Shown: positions 42,491 to 53,379, counted from the first letter of the stretch. The stretch: DNA of 64,000 nt from an uncultured delta proteobacterium (GCA_963796685.1 CAWCMR010000018.1:29288-93287); one strand, 5' to 3'. Notes: a model not told the origin generated them from the letters alone. Made by a program: numbers and translations.

Positions 42491-44032
42491 GTGATACGAA
42501 AGAGAGCATGGTTGCGCGCGCTGGCGTGTGGGCGCGCGGGGTGGTTGTTTGGCCTCTCGTCGTGCGTGCTGGGTTTGGCCAGCGCCGAGATGGCCTCGGC
42601 CGCTCCTGCCACGACCCCCGCGCCCTCGGTCCAACCCTCGCCGGCCGTCAAAGCGGAAGCCCGCGATCGCTTCGACCGGGGCGTGCGACTTTTCGAAAAG
42701 GGCGACTACGCGAGCGCGCTGGCTGAATTCAAGCGTGTGAACGAGCTCATCCCGAACCCGCTCGTTCAGTACAACATGGGGCTGGTCTACGCCGCCATGA
42801 ACCGTCCGGTCGAGGCAGTCGATGCACTGGAGGCATTCCTGGCCCAGCCCAATGCGGCCCAGCGCGCGCAACGGCGACACGCCACGGAGGTTCGCGACGA
42901 GCAGTCGACGCGGATTGCGCGTCTGATGGTCAAGACCGAGATGCCAGCCATCGTGGACATCGACGGCGTCGAGGTGGGCCGCACCCCGCTTGCCCAGCCC
43001 ATCCGCGTAGTCAGCGGTGCCCACGTGGTGGGCGCCCAGGCACCCGGCTTCTTGCCGAGCCGCAAAGAGATCACTTTGGCGGGACAGGTCTCGGCGACGC
43101 TGGCGTTGACCCTGCTGCCGGCGGCGAGCCGGATGGCACAGTTGTCGGTCACGAGCTCGCCGGTCGGGGCCGAGGTGGCGGTGAATGGGCGAGGTGTCGG
43201 GCAGACGCCCTTGCCGGCGAGCGTGGCCGTCGCGCCCGGCACCGTTCGCGTGGAGTTGACCCGGCCCGGCTATCTTCGCACCGGGCGCACCGTGGAGCTC
43301 GGGGACGGTGCGCGTAGCGAGCTCGCATTCAACCTGGAAGAGGATCCCTCGGCGCCACCGTCGAGTCGGGGTGTGCTGCGCCTCTCCGTCAGCGGGCCGG
43401 AGGTCGAGGTCAGTGTCGATGGTATCCCGCGCCGGCTGGGTCCGGGTGGCTTGTTCTTGCCGATTGGCCAACACGAATTGAAGATCGCGAGCGTCGGCTT
43501 CGCGCCCTACGAGCGCACCGTGAACATCACCGCCGACAGAGAGGTGCCTCTTGCCGTGTCTTTGACGCCGACACCCGAAACTCGCGCGCGCTACGAAAGC
43601 GGCATCAGGACGCGCAAGGCAGTTGGCTGGACAGTGCTGGGGATCGGAGCGGCCCTGGCCGTCGCGGGTGGGGTGTACGGCGCGACCAAGCTCAAGGATG
43701 TCTCGGACGCAAGGAATCAGCTCAACACGGTTCTTGCCGCCGAGGCCGACTACAACAATCCGTGCTACGCACAGGGAGGCGACTACGGCCTGCGCCAATG
43801 CGCCGCGGTGAAAGCGAGCGCCCAGAGCAGAGTCGACAGCGCAGTGCTTCGGCGCAATCTCGGATTCATCGGAGCCGGTGTGGGGCTGGTCGCGGCTGGC
43901 GTTGGCACCTACCTTCTCCTGAGCGCGGGCGATCCCGACCGCTATCGCAAGAACGTCGGCGTGGCCCTGACCGATGGCGCGGTGTGGGCCGATGGGCAGG
44001 GGGGTGGCCTGTTGCTCCGCGGTCGCTACTGA
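42491..44032 (+). CDS. Secreted TPR + three PEGA domain protein
   Basis: Signal peptide, EARDRFDRG..YNMG TPR, PEGA repeats, two hydrophobic helices and terminal beta-strand GGGLLLRGRY. Confidence 0.85.
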   Translation: MIRKRAWLRALACGRAGWLFGLSSCVLGLASAEMASAAPATTPAPSVQPSPAVKAEARDRFDRGVRLFEKGDYASALAEFKRVNELIPNPLVQYNMGLVYAAMNRPVEAVDALEAFLAQPNAAQRAQRRHATEVRDEQSTRIARLMVKTEMPAIVDIDGVEVGRTPLAQPIRVVSGAHVVGAQAPGFLPSRKEITLAGQVSATLALTLLPAASRMAQLSVTSSPVGAEVAVNGRGVGQTPLPASVAVAPGTVRVELTRPGYLRTGRTVELGDGARSELAFNLEEDPSAPPSSRGVLRLSVSGPEVEVSVDGIPRRLGPGGLFLPIGQHELKIASVGFAPYERTVNITADREVPLAVSLTPTPETRARYESGIRTRKAVGWTVLGIGAALAVAGGVYGATKLKDVSDARNQLNTVLAAEADYNNPCYAQGGDYGLRQCAAVKASAQSRVDSAVLRRNLGFIGAGVGLVAAGVGTYLLLSAGDPDRYRKNVGVALTDGAVWADGQGGGLLLRGRY

Positions 44033-44034
44033 TC

Positions 44035-44088
44035 GTCAGACGGTCAGACTCAAGATCCGTGCCCGATCTGACGCATTTACAGTCAGAT
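44035..44088. promoter_or_regulatory. Operator-like GTCAGA repeats overlapping a possible sigma-28-type promoter
   Basis: GTCAGA at 44035 and 44043; ATCTGAC-N9-GTCAGAT at 44066-44088; TCAA-N16-GACGCATT from 44050. Confidence 0.4.
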
Positions 44089-44177
44089 ATGCACACAGAT
44101 CCGCATCGCGGGGGCGGCGGCGAGCGCGCAAGCCCTGCCTTGCGAGCGACGGGTCCTCGTGCACGAGACTGGTCCCC

Positions 44178-45014
44178 ATGAAACTGGCCGAGCAGCTGGA
44201 AATCATCCTAGAAAACCGCATCGCGCAGGACAGCCTGACGCTGCCGCTGCTGCCCGCCATCGTGGCCAAGGCCAACGACGTGATCCGCAGGACCGATGCG
44301 ACGGTCAAGGATCTGGTGTCCACCATCGAGCTGGATCCCATTCTTGCCGCGGTGGTGTTGCGTCTGGGAGCCGCTGCCGGAAGCCGTACGCTGGAACAAT
44401 CCGTGTCCAAGCTGGGCGCACAAAAGGTTCGCTCGATTCTGGCCGAGACCTCGGCCCATCGGGTGACCGAGTCCCGCGACGCCAAGACCGCAGAGGCGAC
44501 GCGAATCCTGTGGGACCATGCGCGCGCGGTGGCCATCCTGGCCCAGAACGTGGCCATCCTGGCTGGCGTCGAGGAGCCCGAGGTTTGTTTCGTCGCGGGA
44601 CTGCTGCACGATATCGGCAAGCCGGTGGTCGCGACCATGCTGCTCGAAGCCGAGTCCCAGATCGCGCAACGAAACCCGAAGCTGTGGAGTATCGACGGGG
44701 ACGCCTGGGTCGGCGTGGTGGAGCGCACCCACCGCAAGATTGCGATGGACTTGTCCAAGAAGTGGCAGTTCCCGGAAGAGGTCCAAAACGCGGTCTTGGA
44801 ATTTTCGGACTACGATGCCGCCAATCGGCAGTCCATCGCCAATGCGGTTCATTTCGCCAACGCCTTGGCCAAGCAGATGGGGATTGTCCTGGGCCAGGTG
44901 TCGGCTGACGACAACGATGCCCTGGTCATGGTGGGCCGATCCTTGCTCGGCCTGGACGACGAGGCCGTGGCGCGCGTGGCTGCGGATGCCAAAGCGCGTT
45001 GCCGGTTGACCTAG
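44178..45014 (+). CDS. HDOD domain protein
   Basis: LPLLP, IELDPILAA-VL, LWDH, AGLLHDIGK, WQFP. Confidence 0.9.
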   Translation: MKLAEQLEIILENRIAQDSLTLPLLPAIVAKANDVIRRTDATVKDLVSTIELDPILAAVVLRLGAAAGSRTLEQSVSKLGAQKVRSILAETSAHRVTESRDAKTAEATRILWDHARAVAILAQNVAILAGVEEPEVCFVAGLLHDIGKPVVATMLLEAESQIAQRNPKLWSIDGDAWVGVVERTHRKIAMDLSKKWQFPEEVQNAVLEFSDYDAANRQSIANAVHFANALAKQMGIVLGQVSADDNDALVMVGRSLLGLDDEAVARVAADAKARCRLT

Positions 45015-45030
45015 CCCGCATGGGAACCCT

Positions 45031-45109
45031 GGGAGGGTTTGCTCTGCACTCGGCACCTGCCACCCACCCTGCCACCCCCTCGCTGCGCTCGGCCTCGCCA
45101 AACCCTCCC
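45031..45109. repeat. REP-like inverted repeat
   Basis: GGGAGGGTTTG (45031-45041) and CAAACCCTCCC (45099-45109). Confidence 0.55.
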
Positions 45110-45237
45110 GCGATGCTTCGCTGCCGGCTAAGCCGTCAGGCTCCGCACGCGTTGAAAATCCGTATTTCGTGTGTTAGGCAAGGTCCAACCGAGACACGGG
45201 TAGTCCTTTTTCACCCAGACCAAGGAGAAACAACAAC

Positions 45238-45564
45238 ATGAAGACTCTCTTTTCGTTCCTGATGGCAGCGGCTTTCGTTGCCGGGACAGCGGGCACGGTT
45301 CGCGCGGACGGCGCCGAGATGTTCAACCACAAGTGCGCCGGCTGCCATGGCAAGGACGGCAAGGCCCAGACCTCCATGGGCAAGAAGCTCGGGATCAAGG
45401 ACCTGGCCGACCCCAAGGTTCAAGCGGCCTCGACCGACGCGCAGTGGGAAAAGATCATCCTCGAAGGTGTGAAGAAAGACGGCAAGACCGTCATGCCGGG
45501 TTTCAAGGTTTCGTCGGCAGAGGCCAAGGACCTGGTCAAGGCCGTCCGCGCCCTCAAGAAGTAG
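45238..45564 (+). CDS. Monoheme class I cytochrome c
   Basis: Signal peptide, CAGCH, distal Met in VMPGF; SD AAGGAG. Confidence 0.92.
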   Translation: MKTLFSFLMAAAFVAGTAGTVRADGAEMFNHKCAGCHGKDGKAQTSMGKKLGIKDLADPKVQAASTDAQWEKIILEGVKKDGKTVMPGFKVSSAEAKDLVKAVRALKK

Positions 45565-45658
45565 TGTCGATTCCTCGCGCCTCGCCCGAGCGCGATAGCA
45601 TTTGCGCGCTCGAGCGGGGCTGGCATGGACGGCCAGCAGGCCCGCACTGACGAGCTGG

Positions 45659-46811
45659 CTAGGGTGCGTAGTCGCCCTTCCACAGCCGCGCAAGGAATTC
45701 AGCCACGGGCAAGATGTCGATGCCGTCCTGGGTGCGGCGCGCTCGTGCCTCGGTACAGACGCAGACAAGCTTCTTGACGGAGGGTTGATCTGCGCGCAGA
45801 GCGCGCAAGCCGCCCAAATGGGTGTCGGCGACGTGCGCGGTGGATTTGACCTCGATGCCGACGGCCGCGTCGCCGACCACGAAGTCCACCTCGATGCCAG
45901 AGGCCGTCCGCCAATAGGCTATGCGGAGATCGGGCACATGGTAGGCGGCGAAGGCGGAGAGCTCGTGAAAGATCCAATTCTTCGAGCGCCTTGCCGAACA
46001 GCTCGGAGCGCGGCTCGATGCATCCCCGTCGCGCCAGCGTGTTCACCACGCCAACATCGGCGAAGTAGAATTTGCGCGCCTGGATCATGCGACGCTTGGG
46101 TCGCTTGGTGTAGGCGGGCAAATAGCGCCCAAGTAGGGTGTCGACCAAAATTTGGAAATACTCGCGTACGGCGGGGGCTGAGACACCACACTCGCGGGCG
46201 ATGTTGGCGCTGTTCACGAGCTCGGTGTCGGCAAGAGCGGCCGCATTGAGGAAATCCGCGAAAGCCGGCAGGTTGCGCACCAGTCCCTCCGCCGCGACTT
46301 CCTCTTTCAGGTAGTCGTCGACGTAGGCCGCAAGCAGCCGGCCGGATGACGCCGAAAGGTAGTGGCGAGGCAACCCGCCCTGGTTGAGCGCGCACAGCAG
46401 TTGGAATTCTCGGCCCAGCTCTTGCGAGACGAATCCGTGCAACTCGTAGCGGACCGCCCGACCACCGAGGAGGTTGGCGTGGCCGCGCCGCAACTTCCGG
46501 GCACTCGATCCGCACAGGCCAAAGACGATGCCGCGATTCTCGATGAGCCAGTGGATCTCGTCGAGAAGCAGCGGCAACTTCTGCACTTCGTCGACGATGA
46601 CCGGCCCTGTGGGTGGCGTGGCCGAGAGCTCCTCGCGCAGTAAGGCCGGTTGCCGCAGATAGCGCATGAACACGTCGGTCTTGAGAAGGTCGATCCATGT
46701 GGCCGACGGGTAGGTGGCGTGTAGAAGCGCGCTCTTACCCACCTGACGTGGCCCCCACAGGAAGAAGGTCTGTCCGGGGCGGGATTCGAGAGCCAGACTA
46801 CGAGAAATCAT
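45659..46811 (-). CDS. AAA_14 ATPase with DUF4143 domain, +1 frameshift at ~45981
   Basis: GPRQVGKS, VDEVQ, GSS, KFYFADVG, YWRT..EVDFV..IEVK. CTTCGAG->CTCGAG restores ..ALENWIFHEL.., 383 aa. Confidence 0.88.
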
Positions 46812-46819
46812 ATAATTTG

Positions 46820-46833
46820 TTTATCATGATAAA
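46820..46833. promoter_or_regulatory. Perfect 14-bp palindrome (putative operator)
   Basis: TTTATCATGATAAA, 8 nt upstream of the AAA gene start, in an AT-rich patch. Confidence 0.5.
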
Positions 46834-47116
46834 GGAAAGTAGACAAGTGCCCTGTCTTCCCTCTGGCCATCTCGTCTCCGGTTACGAGACACCGTCGCGG
46901 CAGGCGGGCCCTGCGAGGGAGGGGACCCGTCGTGCGCGGAGGTCGCGTGCCGCCTGTGCTGCAAGCGCACTCCGGAATCGTCGCTTTGTGCAATTTGCGA
47001 ATTGAATCGACCGCAGCACACGACGGGGAGCAAACCCGAGCTGACAGGACCCGCCACGCCGAAGCCGGCGGGTCGCCTAACAGCACTTTCCTAGGCTTAT
47101 CCGAACGGTATTGGCG

Positions 47117-50100
47117 CTAAGCGGTTCCGGCGCTTCGCCGCAGGGCGAGGCCGGAATCGGACAGCGCAAAGACCATCACCTCGCGGGTGACGGGATGGTC
47201 GAACAGCTTGGCGGCCAGCAGGTTGCCGGGCACCTGGCCCAGCTCCGGGTCGGTGCGAAGCGCTTGCATCAAGGTCGCGGTCAAGTCGCCGGTCACCACA
47301 TAGGCGGCGCGCAGTCCGGCGACGCGAATGGCCTGGCGCCAGGCCGAGGTGTCCGCCTGCGCGCGCGTACGCTGGGCGGCCTCCTCCAGCGCGCGCTTGA
47401 TCTTGCGACCCGCCGCCTTGGCGATGCGCGCTCTCCATGCGGACGCGGCCATCTCGGCGTTCGACGAAAGCTCGCCTTGCCCCCAAAGCTCGGAACCGGC
47501 ACGCAGGGCACCGAACAGGATGCCGTCCACGTCGTCGGCCGCAGTCTCTTCCACCCAGGGAACGCCCAGTGCCACGTAGGTCAAGAGGCGCGCCAGATCC
47601 GCCGCCTGGTCGATCTCGGGAAGATCTCCGAAGCCGCGGGGCAGGATGAGAGCCGGCGGGTCACCGGGCAAAAGGCGAGGGCTCGCGGTCCCGGTGGCGT
47701 CGACATGGAGATCGAAACGAAGATCGCCGAAGGCCCTGGCCACCCGATCCGCCAACGCCCGCATGGGGTGCGAGGCGCGCGAGGTGAGGCGCTCGTGCGA
47801 GGACACGCCAAACACCTCGGGATCGGGGTGGAGCAACTTGGAAACGGTTTCGCCCAACAAGGCCGCGACGCCGAGCAGCGGCCTTTGGGCATCGTCGTCG
47901 ATGAGCGACGCGAGCACGATGTCGTGGGCGAGGGAATCCGGATTGGGTGCGCTCATGGGCATGGTCTGCGAGCGGGACGGGTTGTCGGTATGGCTGCCGA
48001 GAGGCGACTTGCTCAGGAAGGTGAGGAGCTCGTCGGCCACCCTGGCAGTCCCGGTCCGCTGCGCTTCCCGACAGGTGCGCGACAGGATCGTGAGGATGCC
48101 CATCGCTTGCTCGCTGCTTGGCGAGGCACGACCGAGGTCGCCCAGCGCACCGGCGATCTCTCGCGCCGCTTCGTCGTAGGCGCTCCCGTGCGCGTCCACC
48201 AAAGCCTGGTAGATCGCGACGTGGCTCGGGGCGAGTCGCAGGGCTTCGTGCAGACGCGCCAGGCCCTCGCGGGGTTGGCCGAGCATGGTGGCCTCGACCT
48301 TACCGAGAGCCGCCAGCCATTCGGCCCGGCGGGGGCGGCCGCTGGCTTCGGCGAGGGACATGGCCTTGGTAATGGCTTGGGCCAAGCGTTCGCCGGCCTC
48401 GCGGCCGGTTCCGAACAGGGAGCACAGGTTGTCGAGCGCGATCGTGTTGTCTCCGCTCAGCACGACGGCTTGGACGAGTACGCGCTCGGCGCTCGCTTCG
48501 TCACCGAGGGCCCGGTACACGGCGCCCAGGCGAGCGACGACGTCCCCACTGGCGGTCCCGACCTGTTCCACCAACTTCTCCGCCTCCGAGGCCTCTCGGC
48601 GTGCCGTGTCCCGGAACGCGGGCGCACGCACGTGCACCTCGGCCAGGGCGATGGCGGCGCGCAGGCGTTCGACCGGATCGCGTGAGATCCCGAGCGCGCT
48701 GCTGGCCGCCTCCACGGCCTCGGCCTGCAGGCCGAGCGCGCTGCTGATATCGGCGAGCGCGAGCAGGTTGCCCACGTGCTTGGGGGCGCGCTTGCGTGCG
48801 CGGCGCAGGGCCTCGAGAGCTACGGTTTGGTCGCCCAAGTAGCGAATGGCCACGTGGGCGAGCGCCGCGCCCAGCTTGGCGGCCTGATCGGGCACCAGGG
48901 CGCGGTCGAGCGCGCTTCGCAGTGCCTCCGCCGCCTTCCCGGCGTCCAGGCCTTGCCCGAGGGAGGCAATTACGGCGTCCGCGGCCTGTACGGAATTGGG
49001 ATCTTCGCCGAGCGCGCGGCAGACCATGTCGAAGGCCTTGGCGGCATCCTCGGGCCGCCTGCGATAGCCCTCGGCGGCTTCCAACAGTCGCTCGCAGCGC
49101 GAGGTCGGCTCCATTTCCAGACCGCCCAGCGCGACCGCTGCCCGCACGAAGGTTTCGGATTCGCCCAGGCGCAGGGCCAGGCGGCGCGCACCGCGGGCCG
49201 CGGCCAGGCAGTCCGGCCAACCCTCGAGGGCCATGGCGAAGGCGAGGAGAGCCTCCTTTTGTGCGTGAGCTCCACCGTCGCTCCGGTGTTCGATGTGCAG
49301 GGCGGCTGCCAGATGCAGGGCAGCCCCGGCCAGCGGGTCGGGCGCCGCGCCTGCAAGGGTGACGAGCGCGGCCGTGATCAGGCCGCTTGGGGTCTCGCCT
49401 TCGAAACCAAGGCCGCTCTTTCTCAGCAGGAGCTCGTGGTGGAGCAGGTTGTCGGGTGCCAGCTTGGCCAGAAGCTCGCGCGCGGGTGGCTGCCCGTCGG
49501 GACACCCGGTGTCGCCGTATTCTTCGAGCGCCACGAGCTCGAACACGCTGCCCAGCTTGGCTTCGAGGGTGCCGAAGCATTCGACTTGCTTGCGCAAGAC
49601 CGCGTCCAGGTCGTTCCAGCGCTCGATCCGGCGTAGCGCGTGTTCGAGAATGCGAAGCGCGGCCGCGCCGACCACGTTGTGTTGGGAGAGGTCCGCCAGG
49701 CGCTTGAGGGCCTTCGCGGGATCCCGATCTTCGGCTTGCAGGCTGGCCAGCGCCAGCTGGCTGCGCGGGTCGGCGGATTCGGTGGCGTGCAGAAGGGCGA
49801 GCCGCTCGGCGCGTTTGCCCGTGCGCAGGTAGGCGCGGTCCAGGCGTTCGATAATGGCCATGTCGTCGGGCATGCAGGTGCGCGCCTCGGTCAGCAGGGG
49901 AATGGCGCGTTCGGCGTCACCCAGGCGGTCGTCGTAGATCTCGGCCGCCTCGAGCAGGAGCTCGCCGCGCTCCACCGGATCCGTCGTGGCCGCTCCGAGC
50001 GCCGCCAACTCTTCGGCGACCGCGCGATAGTCGCCATTGGCGAGCAGAATGCGTCGGATCTCGGCCCGCGGGGTGGGATTGCTGGGCTCCAAGCGGTGGG

Positions 50101-52633
50101 CTTCGCCCCAGGCGGTGAGCGCGTCGGCCGGACGATGCATGCGCTCGTCGAGGAAGCGGGCAATCTCGGCTTGGATGGGATAGGTGTTTTGATCCTTGCG
50201 CGTCTGCCCGAGCAGCAAGCGCAGTTGGGCGAGTGCTTCGGCCTGCCGGCCCGCCCGTTCATGGATGCGAAAGGCGGCCCGCAGCGCCGCGGGATCGCCC
50301 CCGGTGCGGCCGAGCACGCGCTTGACGAGGTCGAGCGCGGCGTCGGCATCTCCGAGTTGCTTCGAGGCCACGTCCGCGGCGCGCAGGAGCAGCGAGCGCT
50401 CCAGGAAGAGGTCGTTGTGGATCACGTCGGCTTCGAGGAGCAGGGCGCGCAGGAGCTCGCGTGCATTGCCCGCGCGGGCCGCGCAACGTGCCAATCCCAG
50501 GATGGCGCTACGCCGGCCCGGCTCGTGCACCAGGATCTCGCTGAAGACGGCGAGAGCTCGGTCGGGCGCGCGCACTTCGTCTTCCCAGATGAGCGCCAGC
50601 TTTTCCAGGTGGGCGATCCGGCGCGCGTTGTCCGACGCCGCGGCCGCCGCCTCGACGTAGAAATCGATGCGCGCGCGCACGCGCGAAGGATCGTCGGTAT
50701 CGGTGGGCGAGGGCGGCGTGCCCGGCGTGAGCAAGCGAACGATGGCGTCGGTGGTATCGGCGTGGCTGGGGTCGATGGCGAACGCCGAGCGCAGCGACTG
50801 CAGCGCCACATCCGGGCGGCCCATGTCGTGCTCGGCGATGTGGGCGGCGCACATGAGCAGCTCGACGCGCGTGGCCAGCGCGCTGGCGCGAGCCGCCTGA
50901 TCCGTGAACATGGCGACGCGCTGTTCGTGCTGGCCGAGGGCCGCGAGCGCCTGGTCGAGCTTGTCCCGCATGGGCTCGTCGTCCGGCTCGGCGCTGAGGA
51001 CGTGGTGGGCGTGGGTGGCCATCTCGGCGTGGCGCCCGAGGGCCTCGCAGCCTTGCACCAGGCGGCGGTGCCAGTAGGCCAGCTCGGCATCGCGCGCGAA
51101 GGCGAGAAACTTGTTTCCGGTGGCCACCGCGGCCTCGATGTTGCCCATGGCTTCATAGAGGCGATCCAGCTCGCGCAGGGCCGCGCGGCGGGTCGACGCA
51201 GTGGCGGCTTCACTGCCCGCCGCGCGCTCGAACAGGTCGATGGCGTTGGTCTTCTGGTCCAGCCTTTCCGAGGCGAGCCGGCCGGCGGCATAGAGCAATC
51301 GGGCGGCGCGCGCGCCATCGCTCTCGAGCCTGGCCTCCGTTGCCCAGGCCTCGATCAAGGGCTCGATCTGCCCCTGCAACAGAAGGTGCCGGGTGTAGGC
51401 GTCGCGGACCGGGCCGATCTGTCCGACGAGATCGAGCGCGGTCTCGAAGGCGGCGCGAGCTGCATCGGCGCGACCGAGCCTTTCCAGAAGCTGTCCGCGC
51501 TCGACTTCGAGCCAGGCCGACAGCTTGGTGTCGGCGCGGAAGACCGCGGCCATGGTTTCGAGGTGGGCAGCACGGGTTTCGAGCTGCAAGGCGGTCTCGG
51601 AGGCGCGTGGCGCGGTGGCGAGCGCGGTTTCGAGGCCGCGCAGCGCCCCAGGATGGCCGGGTTGGGCGGCGAGCACCGCGCGGTAGGCCTGCCAGGTTCG
51701 CTCGGCGGGCGCGCCGCTCGACAGCAGCAGCATCCCGAGCTCGAGCTGTCGCATGGTGCGCGTGGCGGGATCGCTGGCAGCGCGCAACTCGGCTTCAAGA
51801 AGAGCGAGCGCGGGGGCGGCCGGGCGCAGCGGCGTCAGTCGGCGCGCGGCAGACAGCGGCGCGACGAGGTTCGCGGAGATGCCGTGGGCGGCTCGGTACT
51901 CGGTCAGCGCACCAGCCGAATCGCCGGCCACGACTTCGAGCAAGAGGCCGAGCTCGGTGTGGGCGCGGGCCAATGAGGGGCGATCGCCCGCGGACGCTTG
52001 CTCGACCCGCTTGCGCTCGTCGGCGATCGCGGCCTCGGCCGAGAACCTCTCCGGCTCGGCGGACACGGGGACGGGGGCGGCGACGGCGGGCAAGGGGACG
52101 ACCTGCAAGGCGACCTGAGCGGTGACCGGCGCAGGGGGCGGGACAGGTTGGACGGTCCTGCGGCTCGACATGGCGCTCGGCACGGGCGCCGATACCGTGG
52201 GCGGCATGGGCACCGAAGCCGTGGACGGCGACGTATCCTCTGGCGAAGGGGAAAGTCGGGAAACGCCCGGCGCGCCCAGCGAAGGCCGTGTTTGCGTGGT
52301 GCGTGGCAAGGGCGGTGGCGGCGGTGCCGCGCGCGGCGGCGCTGGCGGTTGCATGCCTGGAATCGCATGCGCCTGGGAAGGCCTGGCCGAGGCGGGTAGG
52401 GGCGGTGGCCGCCGTGGGGGCATGGCAGCCTCTGGCGCGGCGGTCGAGGCGCCGGGAGGTGCCTCGCTGGCTCGAACCGGAAGCGTTACCGGTGCGGGGG
52501 TCGCTTCTATCAATTCAAGACCGCTGTTCAATTCTTCGTCGGAGGTCGCTTCCACTGCGGGCCCCACCGCCTTGGCGTCGCTCTCGTCGGTGTCGGGCTT
52601 GCCGGCAATTTCCTCGTCATGCTCACCACTCAT
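47117..52633 (-). CDS. Giant TPR protein with Pro-rich N-terminus
   Basis: 1838 aa; many TPR-like helical repeats (A-IWEDE, A-IYDDRLGD); resembles myxobacterial gliding-associated TPR proteins. Confidence 0.8.
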   Translation of the reverse strand: MSGEHDEEIAGKPDTDESDAKAVGPAVEATSDEELNSGLELIEATPAPVTLPVRASEAPPGASTAAPEAAMPPRRPPPLPASARPSQAHAIPGMQPPAPPRAAPPPPPLPRTTQTRPSLGAPGVSRLSPSPEDTSPSTASVPMPPTVSAPVPSAMSSRRTVQPVPPPAPVTAQVALQVVPLPAVAAPVPVSAEPERFSAEAAIADERKRVEQASAGDRPSLARAHTELGLLLEVVAGDSAGALTEYRAAHGISANLVAPLSAARRLTPLRPAAPALALLEAELRAASDPATRTMRQLELGMLLLSSGAPAERTWQAYRAVLAAQPGHPGALRGLETALATAPRASETALQLETRAAHLETMAAVFRADTKLSAWLEVERGQLLERLGRADAARAAFETALDLVGQIGPVRDAYTRHLLLQGQIEPLIEAWATEARLESDGARAARLLYAAGRLASERLDQKTNAIDLFERAAGSEAATASTRRAALRELDRLYEAMGNIEAAVATGNKFLAFARDAELAYWHRRLVQGCEALGRHAEMATHAHHVLSAEPDDEPMRDKLDQALAALGQHEQRVAMFTDQAARASALATRVELLMCAAHIAEHDMGRPDVALQSLRSAFAIDPSHADTTDAIVRLLTPGTPPSPTDTDDPSRVRARIDFYVEAAAAASDNARRIAHLEKLALIWEDEVRAPDRALAVFSEILVHEPGRRSAILGLARCAARAGNARELLRALLLEADVIHNDLFLERSLLLRAADVASKQLGDADAALDLVKRVLGRTGGDPAALRAAFRIHERAGRQAEALAQLRLLLGQTRKDQNTYPIQAEIARFLDERMHRPADALTAWGEAHRLEPSNPTPRAEIRRILLANGDYRAVAEELAALGAATTDPVERGELLLEAAEIYDDRLGDAERAIPLLTEARTCMPDDMAIIERLDRAYLRTGKRAERLALLHATESADPRSQLALASLQAEDRDPAKALKRLADLSQHNVVGAAALRILEHALRRIERWNDLDAVLRKQVECFGTLEAKLGSVFELVALEEYGDTGCPDGQPPARELLAKLAPDNLLHHELLLRKSGLGFEGETPSGLITAALVTLAGAAPDPLAGAALHLAAALHIEHRSDGGAHAQKEALLAFAMALEGWPDCLAAARGARRLALRLGESETFVRAAVALGGLEMEPTSRCERLLEAAEGYRRRPEDAAKAFDMVCRALGEDPNSVQAADAVIASLGQGLDAGKAAEALRSALDRALVPDQAAKLGAALAHVAIRYLGDQTVALEALRRARKRAPKHVGNLLALADISSALGLQAEAVEAASSALGISRDPVERLRAAIALAEVHVRAPAFRDTARREASEAEKLVEQVGTASGDVVARLGAVYRALGDEASAERVLVQAVVLSGDNTIALDNLCSLFGTGREAGERLAQAITKAMSLAEASGRPRRAEWLAALGKVEATMLGQPREGLARLHEALRLAPSHVAIYQALVDAHGSAYDEAAREIAGALGDLGRASPSSEQAMGILTILSRTCREAQRTGTARVADELLTFLSKSPLGSHTDNPSRSQTMPMSAPNPDSLAHDIVLASLIDDDAQRPLLGVAALLGETVSKLLHPDPEVFGVSSHERLTSRASHPMRALADRVARAFGDLRFDLHVDATGTASPRLLPGDPPALILPRGFGDLPEIDQAADLARLLTYVALGVPWVEETAADDVDGILFGALRAGSELWGQGELSSNAEMAASAWRARIAKAAGRKIKRALEEAAQRTRAQADTSAWRQAIRVAGLRAAYVVTGDLTATLMQALRTDPELGQVPGNLLAAKLFDHPVTREVMVFALSDSGLALRRSAGTA

Positions 52634-52887
52634 GGTTTTCCTTTGGCCAAGGACAGCCCTCGGGCCGCATCAGGTTCACGCGTCGTGCGGTCTTGTCGAC
52701 GAGCTCGGATTCACAGAAGGCTTGGACTACCTGCCCCAGACCCTGCGGTTTCGGACAGGCGTCGATCCGCCTCTAGGATACTCGCTCGTGACACGGCGGG
52801 AAGGGTGAAATTGCCAAGGCAATCGCGCCTGTCGCGAAGAAGAATAGAGTGAACGAAAATCGGCTCTTTGGACCACGCGCGCGAGGT

Positions 52888-53379
52888 CTAGGAGCAGGTT
52901 GCTCCGGCGTCCGACTGGCAGGCCTCGGGCACGGCCGGGCCCACGGAAGCCGAGAAGAAGTCCTTACACAGGCAAAGCTTCGTGCAGCACAGCTTGCCCT
53001 CGCCAAAAGGGATCGCGCAAGTGAACCCCTTCATGCACCGTGTGTCGTGGGGATTGCTGAAATCCCGGGTCTGACCGTTGCAATCGCTGTCCGAGTTGCA
53101 CCGAACGGTGCAGTACGGACCGGTGGTCAGCTCGCTCGATACGCCGGGCTGTACGGCCGGCTTGGTGCAGATCCCACTTGGGCAGTCGCGTGAATCGACG
53201 GTGTAGGCCGCCTGCAGCGGACTGGCATCGAAGGTGATGTCGCACGTCCGCCCGATGGCCTTGTCCTCACATCCGGATGCTCCGACCAGGAGGGCGAGGA
53301 ACAGTGGTGCGGACCAAGCGAGCCGCCCGGCCATGGGGCGAGGCTTGCGGTCTGCGGTGCGGGCGTAGTGGAACATCAA
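52888..53379 (-). CDS. Cys-rich lipoprotein, CglC-like
   Basis: Lipobox ASGC; IGRTC, DCPSGIC, YCTVRCNSDSDC, KLCLCKD; start may be ATG 53334. Confidence 0.65.
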   Translation of the reverse strand: MMFHYARTADRKPRPMAGRLAWSAPLFLALLVGASGCEDKAIGRTCDITFDASPLQAAYTVDSRDCPSGICTKPAVQPGVSSELTTGPYCTVRCNSDSDCNGQTRDFSNPHDTRCMKGFTCAIPFGEGKLCCTKLCLCKDFFSASVGPAVPEACQSDAGATCS

